Positions 53,103-64,000 of a DNA stretch of 64,000 bases are shown here, piece by piece. The translations under genes and the position numbers were made by a program. A model generated the notes under the pieces. That model was given only the letters and a program-made list of their open reading frames with translations. It was not told the origin of the DNA and did not search any database. Positions within the stretch are counted from its first letter, which is position 1; the number at the start of each line of letters is the position of its first letter. Source of the DNA: Nageia nagi (taxonomy: Eukaryota; Plantae; Pinophyta); the NCBI GenBank assembly GCA_050084985.1, contig JBITNC010000001.1:39618001-39682000 (forward strand), given 5' to 3'.

Positions 53103-54950
53103 ATTAGAATATAAAAAACAAATACATGTGCTGAAAGAAATAACTGCAAAGTTTCCTAGTAGCCTTTACCAGCCTTCCTGCAAAACCTACATGCAACATT
53201 TTTTGCAAACCCTAGTCACTCTCCAAACCCTATTTGCTCTCCAACATTTTCTTGAATATTATGGTTGTATCTCTAGTTTTAATCTTGAGTCCTATTGTAC
53301 TCCCTTTATTTTATACTATATTTTCACAATGTTAAAAGGTTCATCTAGGATACATCGCATGCCTTAATAGCTACTATAAGTTTGGCTAGTTCACTTATAT
53401 ATACATTCTTTAAACCTTGTTATTTTCAATAAGGCATGTTAATAAACAACATTATAATTATGTTATCATAATCATTGCCTTATTCTTATATCAATGCAAA
53501 CTTTAGAGCTATTACCCAATAGATCGTCAAGGAATAGGTATGAGACAAGTCAATATAAAGGGTCATTTTCTATGAACTATTTATGAGATCAAATCATATT
53601 TTAGATATCTACAAGAATATAATTTAATATCAATGCTAATATATCACAATTATCATGAATCCATTCAATGGATATCAAAGAACATGATCCCAATTTCCTC
53701 AAGTTGGTTCACCATAGACTCTAACATTGACTAGATTTAATTTACATAATGAAATATTCTAAGAGTTTTTCCCATATTTTCTCTAGGTTGTAAGTCTCAT
53801 TATGTATTAAAATTTTTCTAATTGCACATTTACTAAGGATTGGAAACTAAGCTTCTTATCTAGATTGATTTCCTAATCTAGACCGGATTGCTCAAATCCC
53901 ATTTCATAACTTTATGGAGTTTACTCTTCCTAATCTCACCCATTAAAAGAGATATTTTTGTGATCAATCTATTTCTAGTTACATATTAAATAATTAGATT
54001 TCAATCTAATAGTTCTTAATTCAATAGGGTTAGCAATCTCAATATATTTTCATTTTGAAATAGGAGGCAAATAAGCAATATAGGACATACCCAAATTCTT
54101 TTTTAGATAAAGAATTCTAATCCTAATTAATCTAAGTAACCTAAACTTAACCTTAATCTATATATGTCAACAACTTTTGATTACAATCCATATGATACTA
54201 TCTATTTAATAAGCATATAATTTAGTTTCTTCAATAACTAAACTTTGGTTAAAACAAGTTTATGGCAATTCATCCTAAAACATGTATAGATTCCTATCCT
54301 ACCCAAAGCATATTAGGTATTTATGCTTTTAATATTTTGGACTATTAGGAATCATTACCAAAATAAACAATACATTCATCCTTAAAAAGTTTAATTCCAT
54401 CTTATGCAAGACTTCATTGATTAGAATAAAACATCTTAGGTATAGGATAGATTTTTCCAACCATTTGGTACTTCTACAGGTTGTATCAACATATTCACAT
54501 TATACTAACTAATAATTGTTGAATACACTTGATAGGTGTTCAAATTGTGCAATTGTCATTAACTACTTTATTTTGTAAGGACATTCAATGTTAGGATTTA
54601 CTAATAGTAGTACATTCAAATGAAATCTGATCAATCATGCATGAGTATCATATATATATATATATTTCAGGATTAGGTTCACATAAGGGAATTATCAAAA
54701 TTAGTTTTGCTCTCAACTTTCTCAGAAGTATACTACCAGAAGTATATCTTGAGTTCCTGATTATATACTTTGATTATTTTTTTTCAAAAGATTAAATGTA
54801 CGACATTGTAAAGAGCATAAATCCAACCTAAGAATTACTATATCCTTCAGGTTCTACATTCATTTGTTACCCACTTCTTTTAAGATTCTTTCTAGGAGGA
54901 ATTTTGACAAATATAGGAAGTCATGATTACCTATTAACAAAATAGGTTGG

Positions 54951-54961
54951 ATCTGATACCA
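54951..54961 (-). promoter_or_regulatory. PBS, tRNA-iMet type, of the long-LTR element
   Basis: The minus strand reads TGGTATCAGAT, 2 nt from the LTR terminus at 54964. Confidence 0.85.
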
Positions 54962-54963
54962 GA

Positions 54964-57900
54964 TGTAAGGACCACCAATTTTGGAACATCAAATATTTTA
55001 TTTACATGCATGCAAATCAGAATACTTTCAAATAAATTGCAAACACTCATATAAGCCAATGCATCTAATGACACTCCTTGCCAAGAGATGCCTATAGAGT
55101 AAATCTTAACAAATCAATAAACATATAGAATGAGGAAGGCTTTGATCTTTAATTATAGTTTAAATTTTTCTATTGAACAACCCTCAATATCAGCAAAGGT
55201 ATTAAAGTATTTGTAGCTATAGCCCAAAATTCCAAAATAATTTAATTTTGAATAGCCAACTTAGAGAGCCTATGAATTTGGATTTTCAACTCCAATGTAC
55301 ATAATTTTTGAATTGGAGTAAGTTCAAATTGTTTAGGTATGTCTCACCAAATTTGATATTTTTTTGAGAAGTTACAATCCCTCAAGTTCAAGATAGAATT
55401 TCATCTAACAATTCAATCTTAAAATTATCATAAACAATATAGCCAACTTGTGAAGCATGTAATTTTTTATTTACAAATCTATTTATCTTGGTTTTTAAAC
55501 CATTGGAAATATTGTGAAGAGTAATATATACCCTCCATATTTAAAATCATTTGGACATATTTAATACCTCCATACAATGACTATCCCACTATCTATCAAA
55601 ACTAAGAAAAACTAGGAAAATAATAATTACTTCATTTATAACACTACAGCGCAAGAGGTTCAAATGCAAACTATTACAGTTAAATACGCAATTAACATAT
55701 ATAAATAATATAAATCCATAGTATTATATGATAAAATTTAAGCCCATTTTATTAAAGATCAACTAGTCTTTGGATCCCAACCATTGTCTTCAATTATTAA
55801 AGTAGTGTTTGGATCTCAACCATTGTCTTCAATTTTTAAACTAAGTGAATCTCAAAACCAACATGAAATCCTTTCAATATTGGTTACTAACTTACTATAT
55901 AATTCCAATGGTCAAATATAAAAGCTTAGAGATCAATATACATATATTTTTCCTCTTCCTAAGGGCCAATATAAACACACATTACAAATTTACTTTCTTA
56001 ATCATAAAAGAATATGCTCAAGGCTAAAATCCAATCCAATATGTTTATTACTTCATTCTATACTTACAAATATTATTCCTCATCAAATATCAATCCTACA
56101 AATTCAATTGACCACATTGAAATAACTCATAACTTACCCAAGTAAAGCTCAACATTATGAATTCAAATGGAATAGAATAATCCATTGATCCTTACCATTG
56201 TTAACAATGAACATTACAAGAATATGTATATAAATTTATAAATTAAAAGTAATCTTTAATTACTTTTAATTAATACATTTATATACAACTTCATTATCCA
56301 TAAATTGATTTCAAATAGCCCAACAAAACTCTTTGAACTCATCACAAATCTTTCAAGGAACTCAATAAAATAAGTGACTTAGAATCTACAAAATATAAGG
56401 GCATTCATTTTGACCATGGAAGGGTCATATGATATACCTCTCTATCAAATATTCAGCCCCATAGATTTGAGGCTCAAACAAAAACTACTTGACACAATGA
56501 AGTACATGACATGAATATGAAATCACACATTTATTAAACCTTCAAAACTCAATCAACTACTAAAATATGAGTAATCCATGGTAATAAATTAAAACATACT
56601 TTGTCCAACTATTACATGTCAAACGCCTAATGTTTGTAGACTTTGCAAAAGAAAGTAAATCTATTCCATTATTCATATAATGAGGGTATACAAAACCAAA
56701 TTGAGACTATTTTGAATAAACCAACAACTATTTGATTTCACTCCATAGTTTATTGAAAATTTGAAAAGTTATACATAAAACCAACTGAGACAAATAAAGG
56801 AATCAATCCCAACTTTTTATTCAAACTAAAAGCTAATTCTAAATAAATTATGTTTTTATTCAAGATAAAGAGATCTAATATATGGATTTAGAACAATATG
56901 AACAAATAACTTCAACATTCACAAATCCTTTATTTACATACAACCAATGAACTTCAAAGAGGATCCTCACAATGATAGCAAACATAACTGAAAAAGCTTT
57001 ACTCTAAGTCAAATCTATCTCTAAAAAATAAAATACAACTAAATGTGAGATTTTTTTAATCTCAGTGAGTTCAAGATCAAGCTAAAAATATCAATAATGT
57101 CTATGAAGAGTTGGATCACCACCTATATGCAAGTTAGTACCCTTGCAAAGGCATGCATACAAGGGAAACTAATGAAATCAAAATGAAATAACAGTAGTGA
57201 CATATCAGTTAAGATATGATGTAGCGAATTATGGCTCTTTTATGCAACATGTTTCATAAAAAATAAATCAGTAATAACATCCAAAAGCTAATAGTAATAA
57301 CATCCATATATGCATGCAAAATAAATAGTATAAATGAAAATTTAAATACCACAAATGAGTTACATATTATATGATAATATTAGAAAAATTCTACTAAATT
57401 TTCAACCTTCTTCATTTATGCAAAGTTTGTTGAACAGAAAATTGTATTTTCTTATTTATGATGTTCTAAATAGTTCTAGTATTAGATTTTACGTTCAAAA
57501 AGGGTATTGGGTATCCTAGTCATGAATATGATCTTGGATCATGCCATAACCATGGTTTCCTAAGGTTCAACTTCTAACGAGATCGATCCCATTCCCAAAA
57601 ATGAAAATCCCATTGAATGTACAACATACAACTACATAAAATATCATTGAGTTACGACTGATAGAGTAAACCCTCTCGTGGTTGGACAATAATCAGAGTT
57701 CTATAATCAAATATATTTTTATGTTCTTTAGAATGTAATCATCATTAAAAATAAATGTTTACTACTATTCATGCAATGATTCTCATAACATGGTGGTTCT
57801 TCCAAAATCAATCATTGTAAAAAATGTTCAAGACCTAGAAGCTCATCTTTGGCACTACCCAGTTCAATTTGAAGCCCACAAAGTTCAATCCAAAAGCTAC

Positions 57901-60900
57901 CAACACTCAAGCTCCTTCCTCTACCCAAGTTTCAATCATCATATGCCTATGAATCTATTTTTTAAACAACCATAGTCTATGATTAGAGAAATGGAGTGAC
58001 GGTTCGTAGTACCCATAAGTTTCCACGTCTTCCCAACTTTGGGTTTGCATTGCCACATCGATTCCTCACTCACCATGTTGTACCACAACTTCAATCCTAA
58101 TTAGAAAAGGAATTTTAGAGGTTAAAAAAATAAAATTCTCAAATATGTTATTGATCTCTTCAAGATTGAAAAGCTCTTTGCTAGTTCGCTAATGCCTTTG
58201 ACGATTTGAAAATCCAACATCGAATGTACGAGATATGGAAGTTTGAAATCGATATTAAAATAGTAATTTTATTTTTCAATATTATATTGTCAAGGTTCAT
58301 AATGCAAATAGTATTTAAAATAAAATACCAAAATAATATATATTGGTAGACTATTAATCATTGACAGGATTTTAAAAGGGCCACGTTTTATCAAATTTCT
58401 ATACCTATTCCAATGACGGGCATTTAAGAGGCAAAATAAAGTATGTTGAGGCTCATGGCATTGATCAGAAACCTTAAACTATGTATGAGGACCAATTAAT
58501 GAAGGCTACCTTGTGGAGTTGACGTGGAGGAAGGTTCAACCATGCCAAGTCATAGACCTGCCCAACAGTGTCGACCCCATAAACCTGCATGTAAGGGGAA
58601 TGAGCTGATGAGAGACCTTGCCACGTACAAGGAAGTGGAATGAGAAAATATATGGAACAGAGGGGATGTCAACGTGGAGTTTATATGTGAAAAAAAAGGA
58701 GCCCATGTTAAAAGATTAACCTACCAACATAAATAATGAATTCCAGCATGAGGAAGACCGTGTAAAGAATAAATGGAATAGGAAACCCACTAGGTGATGA
58801 AGCTCATGTGCAAAGGGAGACCGTGCATAGGAGGAAAGGTAGCCAACATCTGTTGGAAGCACCTTGCAATGGAGAGTCCACAATTGCTGATGAGTTGGAA
58901 GCTGTGAACAGGTAACGTTAGTCATCCTGAAGAAAGACATGGGAGAAAGCTAATCAAAGTTCACCAGCTAAGACCTTCAAATCGCGTATGGAGACAATCT
59001 TGTCAACTTGTTCATCATCAGCCGCCTAACCACTCAACGGATCTGCTAGACAAAAGATGAACAGTATGCCAACTAGCACCTTCACAATAAAGCTGCCCAC
59101 TTTGGGAATGAATTGGGTATTCGTATGGTATTTTGGGAATAATTGTTGGAGAATTAGTATTTGGTTTGATATGATTGTACATTTAGTTGGATAAGTATAA
59201 AATAGTAAATAAAATTTACTATTTAAAAAATATGCTATCAAAACAAACTATTGAACAAAATTAAAGGAGATCTTAAAATTAAGGAGAAGTTATGGGAATA
59301 AAAATAAGGAGAATATTGTTGAGAGGTTAGAGAAATATTGTATGTTTAGAATAATTGTTGTTGTAACCATGTAGAATCTATATTTGTAACCTTTAAAATT
59401 ATAAAAGAGAATGGAGAGTGAAAAAAAAAAAGGTTGAAGTCCCCTTTGAAGGAGAAGGCTCCCAAAATGGAACAATGTGAAAAATGTTTGTAAAACAAAA
59501 AGGAAAAGAAGTGGATAAAAATATTACCATGCTATAAATGAAAAAGAAAAGGCAAAGAGTGATTCCAAAGATGTCAACTTGGGATAAAGACATGGAATCA
59601 TGTTCAGGACTTCCATTGGAAAGAGAGTTGTCTTCAACGGAGTGATTCAATGAAGAGCCTACAATGATCAAGTGTTTTGGCTTCAAAAGAGTGAAGTAAG
59701 ATGTTACATTCAAAGGACATTGTAAAGTGGAATCTATGATAATGGATCAACTTTTCTTGGATGTAACCCATATTTATCGAACTATGATAAAATTATGTCA
59801 ATCTTTTTGTGTGATTGATTTGTATTTTTGCAAGCACTAGAAGAAATAAAGTGTGAAGATCTGAAATAAATCCAAAGGGGTTTATGGATCAAATCCTATC
59901 CAGGAAGAAAATATAACTGCCCAAAGGAAAAGTTCACACAAAACCCACAATAAAGTGCTACATCTAAATCCAAAAATGATACTTGCTAGAGCAACCAAGC
60001 TAGCTATGAACTTGCCACAATGACCCTTAAGTCAAAATCATCTAACAAAACTAATTTTGGATTCTATTTCATGGAGGAAGATCATAAAAATTTGCATTAT
60101 GAAGAGAAACCCTTAGATCCATGGTGTCCATCTCTCAAGATCCCATACCAAAAATGACTTAAGCTTTTGCCCTCTTTTTCCCCAAAACTCTCTCTTATTT
60201 CCCCTATGCTTCTAGATACCTTCTTAATAATAAATGAAAAGTGGAAATTAAACATTATTAATTTGCTATTGGGGATTTTTTAAATAATATTCCAAAGTTC
60301 CCATTCACCTTAGTACTCTAATAGCTCATTTTAATGGAGGATATTATTATAATTTGATAATGCATTCTATTATATTCTATTTTCATAATTGAAAAAGACA
60401 ACATAAATGTTTAGAGGAGGTAATAAAAGATTAACAAATCTTACTAAGGCCTTTATTGGCATAATAATTATGATTATTAAGTATTCTCATAAGGTTGGAT
60501 ATGCAATAATCACCTACTTAGAAAGATATTACTTGCATGGAAAACTTCTCAAAGGATTTAAATGATGCATTCAAAGATGAAAATGCTTAAATGCTAAGAT
60601 GGAAAATTTTTAAGCAATAAATTTTAATTTTAATCTAGTAAAATAAGCAAGAGGATTAGATACAAAAAGGAGGTTCATGATGTACTATACCACTTAGATT
60701 AAACATCGTCCTTTATGTTTAGCCTAAGGAAGGATGTAGCTAAACTAGCCTCCTTCTATGAATAAATTCATTCATGCATAGGTCAATCAAATTTTCTTTC
60801 AAAACTTAATATGAACTCAAGGACAATGTAGGTATCTCAATTTGTATCCTCTATATAAACTCTTGTGCTATATTCATATATATCTACTATTTCAACATCA

Positions 60901-61212
60901 TACTCTTTCAATGATGTTCACATAATCAAACCTCAGCACCTAGTCCCTTCACGCTTTTTGTAGGAATGACTACAATCTCCATTATGTGGGGTTGATAATC
61001 TTATGAGATTTGAGGCCATTTTCAGGTACAACCATACACACCTCTCCCATAAGTACTAAATGCATCCTATGGAATCACCTTCCACATGCATGAATTTTTG
61101 ATCCATAAATGCATGTACCATACTATACCATGCTATGGTAAATATGTGAGTTATCAAATATCATTTGCAATATTTCTCTTTTCCTTGAACAATGCAAATG
61201 ATCATGATATAC
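54964..61212 (-). repeat. 5' LTR of the long-LTR element (contains a solo LTR; truncated)
   Basis: Collinear with 40310-44403; carries ~427 bp (55672-56098) absent from the left copy. Confidence 0.85.
58098..59891. mobile_element. Solo LTR (~1.8 kb)
   Basis: Absent from the sister LTR (empty site at ~43064-43068). TSD AATCC at 58093-58097 and 59892-59896; termini TA(TG)...CA; no coding domains. Confidence 0.8.
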
Positions 61213-61379
61213 TCTTTCAATGATGTTTATATAATCAAACCTCAAAACCTAGTCCCTTGATGAGTTTTGTAGGAATGACAACAATCTCCATCATGTGAGG
61301 CTGATAATCTTATGAGATTTGAGGCTATTTTTAGATACAATCGTACACACCTCTCCCATAAGTACTAAATGCATCCTAT
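61207..61379. repeat. ~170-bp local duplication of ~60898-61069
   Basis: ATACTCTTTCAATGATGTT...AGTACTAAATGCATCCTAT occurs twice. Confidence 0.85.
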
Positions 61380-61382
61380 CAA

Positions 61383-62900
61383 TACTACATTTTAGTCATT
61401 TTGTATCATTTAATACATAAAAAAAATGCTCTTTGATGCTTTACACGTTAGATATTGCAAGTCTACATCAAAACTAGATTTTATTTGAATGTTGATGCTT
61501 GTATTGATGCATTACTTGATGCATGGGTCGATGCATGTTACTATGTATTTTTGATGTTTTGATTTATGCATGGAATGACTCTTTAGTTGATGTTTTTTCA
61601 AGTTTGTTTTGATATTTTGAATGATTTATTTTCTACTATGAATTTTATTGTATGGTCCACCATGCTAATGTTACATATAATTGATGAAGAATATCTCAAG
61701 TCCATCCTATGCTCTCTACTACCTAGTGCCCATGGTGACCCAGGAAAATAATGATGTCTCAAATGAAAGGCTAAGTGAAGAACCCTAACATGGTATGTGA
61801 ATATAAAATTGACCATAAGCATGCATATACATGTAATGTATGTAATAAATATATTATATAATTAATTGAAAGTAATCTACAAATTACAAGACATTCAAAA
61901 AAATACTATAATTCAAAATTCATATGCAAATCAACCTCAAACCACTAAAGAGATCAATATATATAATGTTTAATTACTAAAATGTACATGTAATATTTTA
62001 ATCACCATTGTTATCATTTTCATCAAGAAGACATACAACATATTTCCCACTTGAATCACAATCAATTACAAAACAACATGTTTTCATCTAGTACATCTGC
62101 ACAAAAACATATTTGACTACAATGTTGTAAAACATATGGCTCTTTTTCTTGAGGTAAATACCATGTAGAGTTGAGTGCATAATAACCACTAGGTATGTCA
62201 TGCAATATTGTTCTTTTGTTTACAAATCCTTCGAACCATTTACATTTGAATGATCTAAAATTCAATTGTATGATTTCTTGAATTTTCTCAACATATTGTA
62301 TTTTTTCTTCTATCAAGTTTGTATCTTTTGTACTTGCATGACTTGCTTTATCAAAATCAACCATCACTCCATAGTCAAAGGTCATTCTATTACTATCTTT
62401 CATTTCAATTCTAAAGTGTTGACTATATGCCCACATTACAAGAAAAGATAACAACTACAAACATTTTTATATAAATGTTATATTAATCCAAGTATTATAT
62501 CTATATTATAAAATAAATTAAACTTAGGTCCATAAGAATTAATGAAAAATTACCTTATAATTAAATCCATCAGCTATATTTAAAGCATCTTTGTAGGTTT
62601 TTTCTTTTGCACCTTTAACTAATTTCTCTTCAATTGCTTGCTTTATCCATGACCTTGGACATTCTTTTGGCTAATTTTCATCTCTTAAATGTGGAGGTAT
62701 AGGTGTACTTTAATTTTCACTATGAAACAAAATACATTGTTCTAGAATTGCACTTCTTTTACTTTCATAAATTTCAATCCATTCTTTACAACACTCGATA
62801 TTCATCATAATAAAATGATTTATAGATTCATATATGTCATGATTTATAATTTTTTTGAAGACATAAAATGAATTTGTTAGTAATTATTGATTATATTAAA
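61383..62900 (-). mobile_element. CACTA (En/Spm) transposon remnant: terminus, subterminal repeats and spliced transposase tail
   Basis: TACTACA (CACTACA with C>T) at 61383; clustered TTGATGC(A) repeats at 61430-61595; DUF4216-like ORF 62062-62454 (YGVMVDF..IQEIIQLNF..FKCKWF..EPYVL); GT-AG intron at ~62455-62553. Confidence 0.7.
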
Positions 62901-64000
62901 TCAAAATTTCATGTACATAGTACTTATATAATTTACTATTATCTAAAATGTAGTTAGTGTTGATCAGTATAATGTAATCTCAAAAGGTTTGATCTAGTTG
63001 AGTTCTCCATTTTCCACAACAGTAGGTTCCTTGAAAGAGTAGAAGATGGTAGGAATGCACTCGTGTTAATTTTTTGCTCAATCTTCGGGCTATAAGCTGG
63101 CTCCTATCTATTGTAAAGGTTTAAAGTAACAGGAAAAAGATAAAAAGTAGAGAGTTACTAGAAAGAGATTAACACATTAAACTAAAATTTAAACAAGAAC
63201 TACATAGCCCAAGCATTATAGCATAGGCAACAATCCATAGCAAAGAATAAGAATAGTGAGCTACCTTACCCTTGGGATCTCATAATCATAATACACATCC
63301 ACAACTTAAGATAACATTCCATACATAATATTCATAAAAAGCAATAAATAGCCACTTATTTCAAAAGGGAAAAGCATTATCTATTTGTATTATCGTGTAT
63401 GAAGGTACCTTACAGACTTAAAAAATTTGGTTAGAATGTCTAACCCTATTTATTTCTAACAGTCCATCATTTATACATTTACATGCCCTACTGGGTTGTT
63501 GTCTATCATCAATATACATAATTACTCATGTTAGTTGAAGCTAGCAAAGAAAACTATTTACAATAAATATTACAATTGTGTTAGTTTATATAGTGAATAA
63601 GTACCAACAACATTATTATCTAGAAATTTGTTTTTTCTGAACAATTGTATCCATTGAGCCATAATCTACCTAACATATCATTGATTGCTTCCTTCTTTAG
63701 TCCTATAGTTGATTGAATATGGCACTATAGTTGATTGAAGAAGTATTCATCTACAATTTGATAGGTATGATTTAACATTATGCTTTATCAGTAGTCATCT
63801 ACTTCTCTGCAACCATCGATGATCCATACTATTGTTATGATTAAATAGATTAGTGGGGGTGATGAATAATATATCAAGTTAGTTCAAGAAGAAACTATCA
63901 CTATTATGTGGAATTGAGTTGAAGTTAAGATATTAACAAGGCCTCGAGGGTCTAACACTTAAGATGAACTGGACCTAGGTGTTACTTCTTACCTATTACT

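Larger units (their letters stand above)
45382..53271 (-). mobile_element. Full-length decayed L1-clade LINE (7.9 kb) with extra 3' coding region
   Basis: 15-bp TSD TCTAGTTTTAATCTT at 45367-45381 and 53272-53286. The 3' end reads TTCTGATAAAGAAAG (eroded A-tail). ORF1 and ORF2 are present. Confidence 0.9.
40310..61378 (-). mobile_element. Non-autonomous LTR retroelement with very long LTRs (LARD-like); its 5' LTR is truncated
   Basis: Multi-kb direct repeat (40310-44403 vs 54964-61212), iMet PBS abutting the right copy, and a PPT-like tract abutting CA at 45000. The internal region is only ~2 kb once the LINE is removed. Confidence 0.75.

Noticed and set aside
46152-53367. Hydrophobic plus-strand ORFs (46152, 47615, 48256, 48477, 52210, 52782, 53074) as membrane proteins
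   Set aside because: They are antisense to the A-rich LINE coding strand or 5' UTR, which yields Phe/Leu/Ile-rich artefacts.
40310-61212. Segmental duplication or assembly artefact as the explanation for the multi-kb repeat
   Set aside because: The copies are clearly diverged with independent indels, and the repeat boundary coincides with TG plus an iMet PBS, as expected for LTRs.
61430-61600. CRISPR-like or regulatory repeat array
   Set aside because: Irregular 7-8-bp motifs in eukaryotic TE context; better explained as CACTA subterminal repeats.
62900-64000. Possible further LTR-element leader/LTR interrupting the CACTA
   Set aside because: No PBS, terminus or domain could be identified with confidence inside the window.

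Overview
Very AT-rich, strongly CpG/CHG-depleted eukaryotic DNA made almost entirely of old, nested, decayed plant transposable elements; the element types and a PPR fragment suggest a large gymnosperm-type genome (inference). I see no intact host gene, RNA gene or CRISPR array. Left to right: decayed LTR-element remnants (1-15 kb), including a Tat/Ogre-like gag-protease half, a long unassigned ORF, a PPR fragment and a Copia RT-RNaseH fragment. A plant-mobile-domain (PMD) pseudogene is split by a full-length Ty1/Copia element (17277-39483, TSD ATGAA). That Copia contains a 16.7-kb Tat/Ogre-type Ty3/Gypsy element (22142-38885) with two extra ORFs after integrase: a sense ORF with a ~201-aa tandem domain, and a spliced antisense PMD ORF. 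A minus-strand non-autonomous element with ~4.7-kb LTRs (40310 to ~61378) hosts a full-length L1 LINE (45382-53271, 15-bp TSD) and a solo LTR (58098-59891), and is cut off by a CACTA remnant. The most novel-looking signals are about 2.1 kb of extra coding sequence inside the LINE downstream of the ORF2 zinc finger, and the tandem-domain accessory ORF in the Gypsy element. All coordinates and alignments were read by eye.
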